Positions 25,601-39,158 of a stretch of 64,000 bases of DNA are shown here, in pieces. The position numbers and the translations under genes are program-made. The notes under the pieces are model-generated. The model was given only the letters and a program-made list of their open reading frames with translations. It was not told the DNA's origin and did not search any database. This DNA is from Mobula hypostoma (taxonomy: Eukaryota). The stretch covers positions 74,340,001 through 74,404,000 of the forward strand of contig NC_086108.1 in assembly GCF_963921235.1 (NCBI RefSeq), in the 5' to 3' direction. Numbering within the stretch: the stretch's first letter is position 1; every line of letters begins with the position of its first letter.

Positions 25601-28600
25601 ATGCTTGTAAAAAGAAAAAATGTGTTATGGAAGAAATTTTAAAAACATAGAACAAAGGAAGCTGAAATTAAATACAAGATAGATAAAAGTAAATTAACAA
25701 ATATTATGAGATCTAGTAAAAGAAGTTATTATAGTAAATTATCTGAGAATAATAGAAAAAATATTAAAAATACTTGGAGATTTTAAAATGAAATTATTAA
25801 AAAGGATAAAAGAAAAACAATTTACCCATATTACTTTAATTCAAACAATAATATGGTAATAAAGGATACTAATTTGGTTGCAGATAGGTTTAATGATTTC
25901 TTTGTTAATGTGGGAACTAAATTAGCTAAATCAATTACTGAACCCAGCAATAAAGATGGAGCAAATAGCAATATTATCAATATAAACACTTACACTATGT
26001 TTATTAGAGCAACTGAGGAAAAAGAAATAATTGATACAGTATATAAATCAAAGAATAAGAAATCAACAGATTGGAATGGATATGATACGTATTTAATTCA
26101 AAACATCATTGACTGTGTTGTGAAACCAGTGACTCATATTTGTAATCAGTCTTTGATTGCTGGAAAATTTCCCAATAAAATGAAGATTTTACTACAAAGC
26201 TGGAGATAAACATGTATTTTCAAATTATAGACCAGTTTCTTTGCTCCCACAGTTTTCCAAAATATTGGAAAAAGTATTTGTAAGAAGGTTAAGTGATTTC
26301 ATAACAAAACATAATATAATCTGTGAACAGCAATATGGTTTCAGAAAAAAACAGAACCACTACAATAGCATTAATAGATTTTGTAGAAGAAATATCAAAC
26401 GTTATAGAAAGAAACAAATACACAGTGGGAATATTCCTTGATCTTAAAAAAGCATTTGACACCATTGACCATAAATTATTATTAACAAAATTAGAAAGAC
26501 ATGGTATTAGAGGGGTGGCACATGACTGGTTAAGTAGTTATTTGGAAGACAGGTATCAGTATGTACATATAAACAACTCAAATTCAAAACTTTTGAGGGT
26601 AACTTGTGGGGTTCCACAAGGTTCAGTGCTTGGTCCATTGCTGTTCATTTTGTATATAAACAATATCTGTATGGTCTCTCAGACATTAAAATGTATATTA
26701 TTTGCTGATGATATAACTATATTTTGTAGTGGGGAACATCTGAAACAACTTTTGGATACAGTGGAGAAAGAACTAAAAATTATAAAGAAATGGTTTGATA
26801 CTAACAAATTATCACTGAATCTAAGTAAAACTAAATTCATAATATTTGGAAACCATGTACCAAACTCATATAGTAAACTTAGAATAAATGATGTTGAAAT
26901 TGATAAGGCATCTGAAACAAAATTTTTAGGAGTGGTAATAGATAATAAACTAAGCTGGAAACCACATATAAATCATGTCAAAGCAAAAATGTCAAAATCT
27001 ATGAGAATACTGTACAAAGCGCAAAATTTCTTAAATCAAGAATCTTTGTATACATTATACTGTTCACTTGTAGTCCCATACATGACTTACTGTGTGGAGG
27101 TATGGGGAAATACATAAGAAACAAATAAACTCATTTTTTCTATTCCAAAAAACAGTCATTCAAATTGTAAATAAGACAAGTTATTATGAGCCAACCAATC
27201 CACTATTTATTCAACTAAACACTTTAAAATTCAGAGATTTTGTAGATTATAAAATAATATAAATTATGTATAAAGTAAAAAAATGGACAGCTACCACAAA
27301 GTATCCAAAGGTTTTTTTAAAATGAGAGAAGGTTAACATGATTTGAGAGGAGCATGTATATTTCAAAAACAAAGGATAAGAACAAATGTGAAAATTCATT
27401 GTATTTCAGTCAGAGGGGTGAATCTATGGAACAGTTATAGTGAGAATCTAAAAACATGCACCACACTTAAGTTTAAAAAATTATTTTAAAATAATTTCAT
27501 CTTCAGAAAGATAAAAAGAATGGAGGATTAGCTTTACCAAATTTTAGATTTTATTATTGGGCAGTTAATATAAGAAATCTTACATTCTGGTTATATTTCA
27601 TAAATCGTGAGGATTCCCCGATGTGGGTTTCTTTAGAAGCTAACTCTGTTAATAAATGTTCTATTATTTCTCTTCTTGGATCCTCACTCCCCATGGCTCT
27701 GAGTAAGTTAACTGGTAATCTGGTAGTTAAACACACTATGAGAATTTGGATATAATTCCGAAAATACTTTGGCTTATTGAGATTTTCTCTTTCGAGTCCC
27801 ATTTTCTCTAATTATTTTTTTAAACCCTCTATGATTGATGTGACTTTTAAAGAATGGGATAGATTAGGTATTAAATGTTTTCAGGACTTGTTTGTAGAGG
27901 GAAGTCTCTTTTCGTTTGAACAACTGTCAACTAAATATAGTTTACCAAAAGCTCATTTTTTTCAATACCTACGAATAAGAGATTGTTTACAGTCTCAAAT
28001 AAGTACATTTCCTAAAAGTCCTGATAAGAATCTACTAGATGTAATTTTTAATTTGAAACTTTTTTATAATAGATTTATATCTAATATTTATAATATGCTG
28101 CTGGGAATGAGAAGTGTTCATTTAGAAAAATTAAAGATCTTTGGGAACAATATTTATAGACTTCAATTTCTGAGGAAACTTGGAATCAAATTTTGAAATT
28201 GGTTAACACTTCATCGTTATGTGCCTGCCACTCTCTCCTATAATTTAAAGTGGTCCATAGGGCCCATATGACCAAGGATAAGTTGTCTCGTTTTTATTTA
28301 GATATTTATCACAATACAGAGATATGTAATAATGGAAAAGCTTCACTCATTCATATGTTTTGGATATGTCCGAGTCTTGGAAAATATTGGAAAGAAGTAT
28401 TTCAAACTTTCTCGATACTTTTTAAAGTAAACTTTAAGCCTAATCCTTTGACCGCTTTATTTGGTATTGTTGGAGGGAAGGATATTATTTTGGAGTCATC
28501 TGACTTGCACATTGGCTTTTATTTCTCTTATGGCCAGAAGGACGCTCTTGCTTAAATAGAAAGATGCGGCCCCTCCTATTCACGCTCAATGGTTACGTTA

Positions 28601-29250
28601 TGTGATGTCATGTTTAAATTTAGAGAAGATTCGATGTTCAATCTCTGAATCTAGTCAAGACTTTCAAACATTGTGGGGACCTTTTCTGGAATTATTTTCA
28701 AAACCTTTGATTTGTTGTTAAAGCACAGATGATGACTAATATTTCTTTTCCTTTTTTTCTTTACTAATCAGCTTCGGTCTTGGCAGTGGGTTAGATTTTT
28801 TCAATGTAATAAAATTATTATATTTCAATGTTATGAATTAATTAACCTGTATGAATATAGGGTAAGGAGTCTTTATATGCAATTTAGTATAATGTATTGA
28901 TCTATGTATATATATTTTTTTCCCTGTACTCTGTTTTCTTATAAGTAAATTAATAAAAGTATTGGAAAAAGAAAAAAATAATTTAATGAACAAATACAAA
29001 ATACATGATTTAAAATGAATGGGAGTAATGTAAATAAATGATACTTGGAATGGGATTTTGTGTTAAAAGATTATGAAATTTTTTGTTTTGATATGATGAT
29101 TGACACCAAATATGTTGTATAAGTAAGAGGGGAAGGCGTAATAAGCTGTAGCTTCAGCCTACACTCTTTCGGTCTGTTTTAAAGAATATCCGTGTTTTTT
29201 TGTTGTAATTTTGCCATTATTATATTAAAATAAAAAATAAAATAAAAAAA
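25600..29250 (+). mobile_element. AT-rich L2/CR1-group LINE (Crack/Daphne-like), interrupted by an L1
   Basis: RT ORF 26323-27117 GIFLDLKKAFDTIDH, TCGVPQGSVLGPLLFILYIN, LFADD, YCVEVWGNT; (aaaat)n tail at about 29227-29250. Confidence 0.8.
27498..28974 (+). mobile_element. L1-clade LINE 3' fragment with A-rich tail and 10-bp TSD
   Basis: KKNGGLALP/YYWAVN, VHRAHMT and C..CNN..ASLIHMFWICP zinc-knuckle remnant; AATAAA then A-rich tail; AAAATAATTT at 27488-27497 and 28975-28984. Confidence 0.85.
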
Positions 29251-29254
29251 TACT

Positions 29255-30445
29255 ACCTCATCTGCAATGTGCAGTGAGACTCGTAGCAAGAAGAGGCTGA
29301 CAATGGGTCAACAGGATGAGCTGCAACATAAAGGGTGGATAAACCCAAGAAAAGGTGAATACAGGACCAAATGTGTTATATGTGAATCTGCACAGTATAT
29401 GGAATAAGGCCAATGATCTTGTAGCACAGTTACAGATTGGCAAGTAGGATGTTGGCATCACTGAATCATGGCTGAAAGATTATAGCTGGGAGCTTGATGT
29501 CCAAGGACACACATTGTATCAAAAGGATAGGCAGGAAACACAGTGGGTGGCATGGCTTTGTTGGTAAAAAAAAGGATGAAGTTAAATCATTAGAAAGAGG
29601 TAACATGGGGTCAGAAAGTGTTGAATCTTTGTGGATAGAGTTAATGAACTGCAAGGTTAAAAAGACCCTGATGGAGTTGTATACAGATCCTCAACCAGTA
29701 GTAAGGATGTGGTCTACAAGTTACATGTAGAAAATGCATGCCAAAAGGGCAATAGTCATGGGGGGTTTCAATATGCAGGTAGAGTGGGGAAAATCAGGTT
29801 GGTGTGGGATTCCAAGAGGGGGATAGCTTTTTAGAACAGCTCATGGTTGAGCCCACAAAGGGATCAGCTATTCTGGATTGGGTGTTGTGCAATGAACTGG
29901 AATTGATTAGAGAGCTTACAGTAAAAGAGCCTCTAGGTGTAAGTGATCATAATATGTTTGAAATTTGAAAAGGAGAAGCTAAAGTTGGATGTTTCAGTAT
30001 TCCAGTGGAGTAAAGGAAATTATAGAGGCATGAGAGAGGAGTTGGCCAGAATTGATTGGAAGAGAACAGCAGGGATGGCAGCAGAGCAGCAATGGCTGGA
30101 ACTTCTGGAATCAATTTAGAAGCCACAGATTATGTACATCTCAAAGTGGAAAAAGTATTCTAAAGGCAAGATGACACAACCGTGGCTCACAAGAGCAGTC
30201 AAAGCCAACATAAAAGCAAGAGAGAGGGCTAAACAATAGAGCAAAATTTAGTGGGAAATTAGGGGATTGGGAAGTTTTAAAATACCATCAGAAGACAACT
30301 AGCAAAGTAATTAAGAAGGTAAAGGTGAAATACAGCAGTAAGCTAGACAGTAATATTAAAGAGGAAGAGGATACCAAAAGTTTCTTCAGATACATAAAGT
30401 GTAAAAGGGGGGCAAGAGTAGATATTGTTCCACTGGAAAACGTAC
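29255..30445 (+). mobile_element. CR1 ORF2 5' (endonuclease) fragment, decayed
   Basis: GITESW and SLWIELMNCK remnants; GDFN-like and LDWVLCN-like segments. Confidence 0.75.
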
Positions 30446-30603
30446 ATCCTGGAACTCTAAAATAATCCTCTAAAAGATTTATCTCCCAAGCACTCACTAT
30501 GAACGTTTCACCTGAAAATCATTCTACTCTTGCCTATTTCACAGGGTAAATCTGTTCTTTAAATTCTGCAATTTACTAATTTGTAATTATGTCCTTGTCA
30601 TAG

Positions 30604-30720
30604 TGTCAAACAGAATTCAGTCAAAGTTTCGGAGAACTCTTCAGTGGAGAAAAAAGAACATAAAGTGCCCGTTCCTGTGGTGTCATTTTCCAGTTCTGAA
30701 AGCCTATCTGCTGAAATAGG
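30604..30720 (+). CDS. CCDC17: CCDC17 coding exon, (V)VKQNSVKVSENSSVEKKEHKVPVPVVSFSSSESLSAEI(G)
   Basis: ccttgtcatAG acceptor, GG|GTTAGT donor, 117 nt, phase 2/2, joins both neighbours in frame. Confidence 0.8.
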
Positions 30721-30979
30721 GTTAGTAGAAAGATCATTTGAAATATTGCTAGAATGCAAAATTATTTGCCTACTGGTGAAATTGATCATCTTTTTCTGTA
30801 CTGAAGCCATAATATTCAGAATTCTATAATTTGCATGTCTGGTGAATCAGCCATTTATTGTTGCTCTAGTACTGACTCTGGAAAGTGTCACCATATGCTT
30901 CCATCCAGTATGATAAACAACTGTTCACTTCTACTCTGTTTTCTGGCACATGGCCTTTCTGCTGTCCATGTTAATAAGT

Positions 30980-31730
30980 GGAAAGGTGCGTTGGTGAGTT
31001 TGCAGATGAAGCAAAGATTGGTGGTGTTTTTCTTTTTATAGTGTAGCAGATTGTTGCAGCTTACAATGAGACATCGGCAGAATGCAGAGCTGTGCTGAGA
31101 AGTTGCAGATAGACTTCAATTCAGAAAAGTGTGAAGATAAACTTGTAGGCAGAGTACAAGTTTAATGGCATGTTTCTCAGCAATGTGGTGGATCCTGTGG
31201 TCCAAGTCTAGAGATCTCAAATTTGTTTGAGCAAGTTGAGAGGGTGGTTAGGAGGGTGTCTGGTGTGTTGGCCTTCATTGGACAGGGGATTGAGTTCAAG
31301 AGCAATGAGGTAATGTTGCAGCTCCAGAACACTGTATTTGGAGTATTGTGTTCAGCTCTGGGCACTTTATGATAGCAGCATGCAACCTATCCTTAAGCTT
31401 GGTTTTTTCAAACTTTTGTGTCATCTGCCCAATGGAAAGGGAGAAAGAGATAGTGACCAGGTGTGAGGGTCATTGATTCCTTTGGCTACCTTCCTGGGGG
31501 AAAGGGAAGGGTATATTGAGTCAATGGAGAGGGATGCTGTTTTTCCATGCTGGACAAAGCTCTGCAATTTCTTAAAGACTTTGGTACAGCAGTTGCCATA
31601 CCAAGCTGTAATGTACCTGAATAGGAATCTTTCTATTGTGTATCTGCGAAAATCAGAGTGGGTCAATGGGCCCACTTTTTATCAGTTTTTCTTAGCCTTC
31701 TGAGGAAGTAGAAGTGCTGTTGTATTTCCA
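30980..31730. mobile_element. Degenerate CR1 fragment (+, about 30980-31375) and Rex fragment (-, about 31420-31730)
   Basis: gagtttgcagatga/gagtattgtgttcag remnants; YTIERFLFRYITAWYGN remnant. Confidence 0.6.
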
Positions 31731-32035
31731 GCTTCCACATACACCGTCTCATCAGCATTTCTCTTATCAGCCTTCTGTTGCCTTGAAAAGGAAGCCAATG
31801 TTAAAAATAATCTTAAGATTCCTGAGTCCTGAGTATTTGATAAACTCTTGATTTACTATCTGTGGGTTTAATTTCCTTGACACAAATAGTTAAATGGAAA
31901 AATTAAAATTCTAAGTACCAGTACATCTGTGGAAAACTCATACATAAGAACTTTGGTTTGTTTAGTTCTGTACTGTATCAAGAACTTTTCTTCACCGGCG
32001 AAGGACAGCTTAGATTGATGAACATGGGCCAATAA

Positions 32036-32243
32036 GCTGGCCTGTGGTATAGTGGCATTCACACTGGACTTGGAGGCAAGTGGTCCCGGGTTCGAATCCG
32101 GCTGGCTCGTGCATGCTTTCCATCTGTGCTGGGTTGTGCGTCGAGCTAGCAACTCAGCCTCATAAGAAAACAGACAAAAAATGCTAAAAAAAAACGGCAA
32201 GGTTACAATCCAATGCGCCACAAGGTGCGGAAAGGAACAACAA
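32036..32243 (+). mobile_element. tRNA-derived SINE
   Basis: A box tggtatagtgg, B box ggttcgaatcc, (caa)n tail; does not form a full cloverleaf acceptor stem. Confidence 0.75.
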
Positions 32244-33362
32244 TATGGACCAATGCAATTATCAAAATCAAGACTTTTCTTTGAAACAAGTAGGCTAAGC
32301 CTATCTGACAAGATATAATGAAGAAAATATTATAAAGATTGTACATTCAGTCATTAATATTTGACAAGGACATGGCCTAGGCAGCCAATGAAGAACTGAG
32401 CATTCAGGTTATACCATGTCTACAGCAGTCAGAAGTATAATGGGTAGTGTCAGTGAATATTGGTGCCAGAATATTGTAGACAGCTTCTGCAGTAAGAGGA
32501 GGAGGAAGTATCATTGTCATTAGCTGAACTGATGAGACTATATTTGGTCCAAATCGATGATCTAAAGAACTGTTGTACACAACATCTATCGGCTATATTG
32601 GGGGAATGTGAGTTAAGTAATTTAAGTGATTAGTAATAATGCTAAGTGCACTGATAGTAATTGCACAAAGTACCTTGTTAAAGAATGGTATCATTTGTCT
32701 TCCATATATAGCAAAGTTGAACTTCTGTAAGGCAAAGAGAGGTTGTCAAGATACCATCTCTCACAGTAGCAATGGTTCAAACAGTTTGCTGCCATCCTGT
32801 CAAATTTTGTTAAAGCAATAATGACAAGATTTCATATTTGGTGTCTTTTGCTCATTTTAATATACAGTCTCCACTTTTTTATTCATCATTCATATCAATT
32901 CCAGTAGAAATTCCCAGATATAATGGCTGTTGGTGAGGAACTAATGAATGGCTGTCACATTCCCAAACACCTCTACTCCAGATCCATTCAAATTGGACAG
33001 AAAATTCTGTCTCCTTCTGTTGACTGAAGTCTTGAATGTTATGTTGTAAACAATCAAATTTGATGCACCTAGAACCTTGTCTCATCCAATGTATTCTCCT
33101 GTTTACTTTGCTTCAAGGCATCAGCAACCAAAGTACTTTCTGAATGTTTCCATATTAAATGCTGTTTGTTCAAGTGAGAAATGAAGGATTTGGATGAAAG
33201 AATTCCAAGCTTTTTCTTGGTGCAAGCTATCTACAGTCTGACATTTCTGAGAACCACTTTGGTCCAATGCAGATGTCATAGTGGCAAGTTAAAACTGGAG
33301 ATTCAACAAATTTTTACATTCAGATAAAAATTAGATTTCTGAATCATAGTTTCTTCTTTCAG

Positions 33363-33490
33363 TGCACTGAAACTACTCTACCTTCAGAATGGTGGAAATG
33401 ATCCTGCTATACTTGCCCAGATGAATGGCCTTCAGGCAGAGGCTCAACTTCTGGAGAAGTCCATTCGACAACCAAAAGAGAGAAAGAAAA
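33363..33490 (+). CDS. CCDC17: CCDC17 coding exon, ALKLLYLQNGGNDPAILAQMNGLQAEAQLLEKSIRQPKERKK
   Basis: ttcttctttcAG acceptor; AL..Y...GG.DP..L.Q motif resembles CCDC17 as I recall it; weak GTCTGT donor chosen because it keeps phase 1. Confidence 0.85.
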
Positions 33491-33602
33491 GTCTGTAAAA
33501 TTTGTCAAATTTTTAGAATCCAACTGTTTTTGGAATATTGAATGTTGCAGTTGAAATGATGTTTGTCCTGCCTAACAGGATCTATTATGTTCTTGAATAC
33601 AG

Positions 33603-33725
33603 AACATGAGTCACCTCATAAGTCACTGGATGCTGAGCTCCTGGCTGTGGAACTTGAGAACCAGCTCCTGGAAGATGAAATACTGAAACTTAAATTTCAA
33701 AGAGAAAGGAGGAAGCCTGTTGATG
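33603..33725 (+). CDS. CCDC17: CCDC17 coding exon, (K)HESPHKSLDAELLAVELENQLLEDEILKLKFQRERRKPVD
   Basis: tacAG acceptor, G|GTAGGT donor, 123 nt, phase 1/1; EL..VE.EN..LE.EIL.L coiled-coil motif. Confidence 0.88.
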
Positions 33726-33934
33726 GTAGGTCCTTGGCTGTCAGAAATGGGGCTCACCCATGCTACATGAGTAATTTAACATAATGTACTTGAGTAACTA
33801 TGGAGATCATCCTACTATTTAGAGGATTTCTGAGCTAAGTAAGCAATTATTGATAAAATACTTAGTAAATTTGCAATTTTCATTAAACTAAGATGAGCTT
33901 GATATAGCACTGAGGAAGAAGTTTTTAAGTTTTG

Positions 33935-34668
33935 AAAAAGTACAGAGAAAAATTATAAAGATGTTGCTGGGACTTGAGCGCCTGAGTTATAGGGAAAGGT
34001 TAAATATGTTCGGACTTTTAAAAAATTTTGTTTTATTTTTACTTAGTGTTACAGCTTGGTAGCTGGCTCTTCCGGCCAAATGAGCCTGAGCTGCCAAATT
34101 ACACAATGTGACTAATTAACTTTCAAACCCATATGCCTTTGGAATATGGGAGGAAACATAAGCACCTGGAGGAAACCCATGTGGTTGTGGGAAGAACATA
34201 CAAACTCTTTACAGACATTGGTGGGAATTGAACCCAGGTCACGGACACTGAAACAGCGAACTGTTGTGCTACCATGCCACCCCCACCTTTTTTCCTTGGA
34301 GCAGAGAAGAACGGGGAAAGAATTGACAGAGGTATTTAAAATTATGAGGGGATAGACGGGGGTAAATGCAAACAGGCTTTTTCCTGCCAAGGTTGGGTGA
34401 GGTTAGAACCAGAGGTCATAGGTTAAGGTGAAAGATGATATATTTTAGGGGAACCCGAAGGGGAACTTCACTCAGGGTGGAGCAAATGTGGAATGAGCTG
34501 CCGGTGGAGGTGTTGGATGTGGATTCATTTGCAACATTTAAGAGAGATTTGGATAAGTACATGGATGGAAGGCTATGGAGGCTGACGGGGCTAGGCAGAG
34601 TGACAGTTCAGCAAGGACTAGATGAGCCAAAGGCCCTGTTTCTGTGCTGGGGTGCTCTATGACTCTAA
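33935..34668 (+). mobile_element. CR1 3' fragment with a V-SINE/HE1-like SINE inserted antisense (about 34030-34285)
   Basis: CR1 3' UTR ending ctctatgactcta; SINE with tRNA head and gagtttgtatgttct..gggtttcctccaggtg V-domain-like core on minus. Confidence 0.75.
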
Positions 34669-36234
34669 ATTCTCTCTCCTATAATTATGAAATTAACATC
34701 TTCCTGGCTGCAAGGCTCATACTGGAATAACTTGGTGAATTCAGAGTAGTCAGGGTGATGAAGGTTAAAGGACTGTTCGACAACAAGGACAAGGGAGATA
34801 GCTCCTGAATCTGACCATACGATCAACCTTGTAATTTACATTTATTGACGCATTACTTTTGAGTGGTAAAGTAGCTTTGTTACGCCACCATTTATTAAGA
34901 AAAAACAGAAGATAAAATTAATATCTGAATTTATTAGTATCTATGGTCAGACCTGGAAAACTATAGAATTCCTAAATGCAACAGGAGAAACTATTCCTGA
35001 ACTTTATTTAGAACTAGGTTGTAACACAAACGGAGAGGTTGTAGTGGGAATAGGAAAGGATGTCCAACAGGTTCCATACTGTCAAGGTTAACTAGAGAAC
35101 AATTTTCCTAACTTCCTTCTAACTGATTCTCTGTAGAGGAGACTGCACCTTGACAAGAATTATAATATATATGCATGAACTGTTGTTTCACCTGAAACAA
35201 ATGGGATTTTTAAAAAAAGACTCCATGTGGTTGTGTTAAAGTCACATCAGTGAAAGCTGTCATGCTGAAGGATGAATAAACGTGAACCAAAAGAAGAAAA
35301 ATAAATGCAAGATGTGTTTTTAATTATGGAGAACAGAATAAATAGCAAAGCAGAGATCTATTGCTGTTCCTCTGAGGGTATAAATTGTATAAATGTTAGT
35401 TGAAGAAATGTCAAAGTATTTTTGAATGGCCAGCATTCTTTGTCAAAAGAATTTTAATTATGATGATGTCAAAATACCAGAATGAGCTATACTCAATTTA
35501 AAATGTGTTTTAAGTAAATTTATGTATGTATATCTATTCAATTACTTTTAATGAAATTTGCTCTATATACTGTAAGCATCTCAATAGATTTTTGAATAAC
35601 AATTTTACATTATTGAAATATAGTTGCATCTGTGTCCTTCAAAGAACAGATTCCTTCCAGTTAAGCTCAGTTGTGATGTAACAAAGCTAGACCATTAATT
35701 GATTGGTCTACCTCTTCTTTGATGTGGATGCCATTGTTTCTTCTTGCTAATTTATGCATGTGCTGTGCCTTAAATTGTAGCTAATTAAAACATTTTAAAG
35801 CTGCTGTATTTTTCAGTCCTAAAGCATGAAAATACATCGACTTTGAGGAAATAAGAAATATATCCGTCCTAACATTTCTGTTAGTGAAGTTTGTTGAAAT
35901 CCTATCTCTTGTTAATTGTATTTTTTTACAAATATTAAATAAAATATTTCGGAATAGAAAAAGTTGTTTGTTGTTAATAACTTAATATTCAGTATTTTTG
36001 AAAATAAAAACTAAGGAACATGTATTGAGAAAGGGTTGATCTTTTTATAAACATAGTTCTCACTACAGAACCATGCAACCATTTCCATAATCACATTTAT
36101 TTAAAACTACTTCTTCACTCACTAAGCATGAATGACATATTGTTTGATGTCATCTTGGTTTGAGATTTTCAATCTCTGGATTAGAGAAGCTATCATATTC
36201 AAGCCAGCATACAGAGATTTATATAATCATTTAA

Positions 36235-38172
36235 TTTCAAAGTTCAAAAAAATATTATCAAAGTACATGTCTGTCACCAGAGACAACCCTGAGATTAATT
36301 TTCTTTTGGGCATACTCAGTAAATCCATAACCATAATGGAGTCAATGGAAAAACTATAGCAACATGGTATACAACCAGTGTGCAAAAGACAACAGACGGT
36401 GGAAACACAAAAATAAATAATAATAAATAAGCAATGAATATCGAGAGCATGTGACGAAGAGTCTTTGAAAGTGAGACCATAGGTTGTGGGAACATTTCAG
36501 TGAAGTTATCCCCTTTGGTTCAAGAGCCAATGGTTAAGGGGTAAAAACTGTTCTTGACCCTGGTGGTATGAGTCCTGAGGCTCCTGTACCACCTTTGTGA
36601 TGGCAGCAGTGAGAAGTGAGCATGACCTGGGAAGTGAGGGTCGCTAATGATGGATGCTGTTTTCCTGCAACAATGGTCCATGTAGATGTGCTCAGTGATG
36701 GGGAGGGCATTTTGTGCTAGACTGGGCTGTATCACCTACCTTTTGTAGGATTTTCGGTTCAAGAGCATTGGTGTTTTCATACCAGGCTGTGATGCAGCCA
36801 GTCAGTATACTGTCCACCACACATCTATAGAAGCTTGTCAAAGTTTTAGATGTCATGCTGAATCTTCGCAAACTCTGAAGGAAGTAGAGGTGCTGCCGTG
36901 TTTTCTCCGTATTTGTACTTAGGAGATGGGCCCAGGACAGGTCCTCTGCAATGCTAACACAGAGGAATTTAAAGTGGTTGACACTCTCCACCTCTGATCC
37001 CCCCGTTCCTCAAGGGCCTCTGGTTTCCTCCTCCTGAAGTCAGTAATGAGCTCCTTGGTCTTGCTGACATTGGGTAAGAGGTTGTTGTTTGGGCACCACT
37101 CAGGCAGATTTTCAATCACCCTCCTCCATGCTGATTTGTCATCAGCTTTGATTCAGCCTACGATAGTAGTGTCATCAGCAAACTTGAATATAGCATTGGA
37201 ACTGTACTTGGCCACGCAGTCATTAGTGTAAAGTGAGTAGAGCAGGGGGCTAAGCAGGTATCCTTGTGGTGCACCTGTGCTGATGGAGATTGTGGAGGGG
37301 ATGTTGTCACTAATCTGAGCTGACTGGGGTCTGCAGGCGAGGAAATTGAGGATCCAATTGCACAAGGAGATATTGAGGCCAAGGTCTTGAAGCAAATTGA
37401 TTAGATTTGAGGGGATGGCAGTATTGAATGCTGAGCTGTAGTCGATAAAGAGGATGCTGATGATTTCTTTGCTGACCAGATGTTCCAGGGTTGATTGAAG
37501 AGCCAATGAGATGGTATCTGCTGTTGTCCTGTTGTGCCAGTAGGCAAATTGGAGCAGATCCAAGTCACTTCTCAGGTAGGAATTAATATCTTGCATCAAC
37601 CTCTCAAAGCACCTCATCACTGTAGTGCTACTGGATGATGGTCATTGAGGCAGATTGCCCGACTCTTCTTAGGCACCGATGTTATTGAAGTCTTCTTGAA
37701 GCAGGTGGACACCTCAGACTGCCAAAGCGAGAAGTTAAAGTTATCATTGAACACACCAGCCAGTTGATCTGCACAGGTCTTTAGTACTTGGCTAGGAATC
37801 CCATCTGGGCCGGATGCTTTCCATAAGTTCACCATCCTGAAGGATGCTCGCACTTTGGCCTCAGAGACTGAAATCGCGGAATCACTGGGGGCTGTGGGAG
37901 GCTCATGTTGGTTCCTCCATGTTTTGACAGTCAAAGTGAGCATAATGGACATTTAGGTAATCTGGAAGTGAAGCCCGGTTGTTGCCAATGCCGCTTGGTT
38001 TTACTTTATTACGAGGTGATAGCCTTCAAGCCCTGCCACAACTGTTGAGCATCTTTCATTCATTCAAATTTAGTCCGGAATTGCCACTTCACCCTTTAGA
38101 TGGCTTTCCGGAGATCATACGTGGACCTCTTGTAACTGTCTTGGTCACCAGACTTGAATGCCTATGGTTTCA
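36235..38172 (-). mobile_element. Rex1/Babar LINE, decayed RT
   Basis: KASGPDGIP, LQFAY, LFIDYSSAFNT, STGAPQG, FKFADDTT, LYFLQSLRRF. Confidence 0.88.
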
Positions 38173-38352
38173 GACTGGTGAAGAACTTCGGCACAAAACA
38201 TCAACTGTTTACTCTCTTCCATTGATGCTGCCTGACCTGGTGAGTTCCTCCAGCATTTTGTGTGTGTTGCTTATTATCATTGACATGTGTTGTGAAATTT
38301 GTTGTTTTGCAGCAGCAATACATAAAAGCTATAACTTACAATAAGAAATATA

Positions 38353-39158
38353 CAATCAGTGGCCACTTTATTAAGCACCTTCTCTACCTAATAAAGTGGC
38401 CACTGATTGTATATTTGTGATCTTCGGCTGCTGCTGCCCATTCACTGCAAGCTTTGATGTGTTGTGCATTCACAGATGCTCTTCTGAATATCACTGTTGT
38501 AACGTGTGGTTATTTGAGTTATTGTCATCTTCCTGACTGCTTGAACCAGTCTGGCCATTCTCCTCTGACCTCTCTTATTAGCAAGGCATTTTCACCCACA
38601 GTACCAGTGACCCAGGTTCAATTCCCGTTACTGCCCGTAAGGAGTTTGTACATTCTCCCCGTGACTGTTAGGTTTCCTTCAGGTACTCCAGTTTCCTTCC
38701 ACAGTCCATAGATGTTGGTAAGTTTATCGGTCTTTGTAAATTGTCCCATGTTTAGGCTAGGACTACATTAGGGGCTGCTGGGCAGCACAGCTCAAAGGGC
38801 TGAAAGGGCATACTCCACACTACGTTTCAATAAATAAATTAATCCCACTCACTGGATGATTTTCGTTTCTCGCACCATTCTCTGTAAACTCTCGAGACAG
38901 TTGTACATGAAAATCCCAGGAGATCAGTAGTTTTTGAGATACCCGATCCACCCCATCTGGCACCAACAGACATTCATGGGTAAAGTCACTTAGACCATTT
39001 TTCTTCCCCATTCCAGTGTTTGGGCTGAACAACAACTGAAACTTTTGATCAATTCTGCATGACTTTATGCATTGAGTTGCTGGCACGTGATTGGCTGATT
39101 AGATATTTGCATTGACGAACAGGTACAAGATCGTACCTAATGAAGAGGCCACTGAGTG
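38353..39158 (-). mobile_element. Non-autonomous Tc1 derivative with a nested V-SINE-like element (about 38600-38835, +)
   Basis: TIRs TA|CAATCAGTGGCCACTTTATTA..TAATGAAGAGGCCACTGAGTG; HTH remnant MGKKNGLSDF on minus. Confidence 0.8.

Noticed and set aside
32036..32110. tRNA gene
   Set aside because: A/B boxes are followed by a SINE body and tail; no complete cloverleaf
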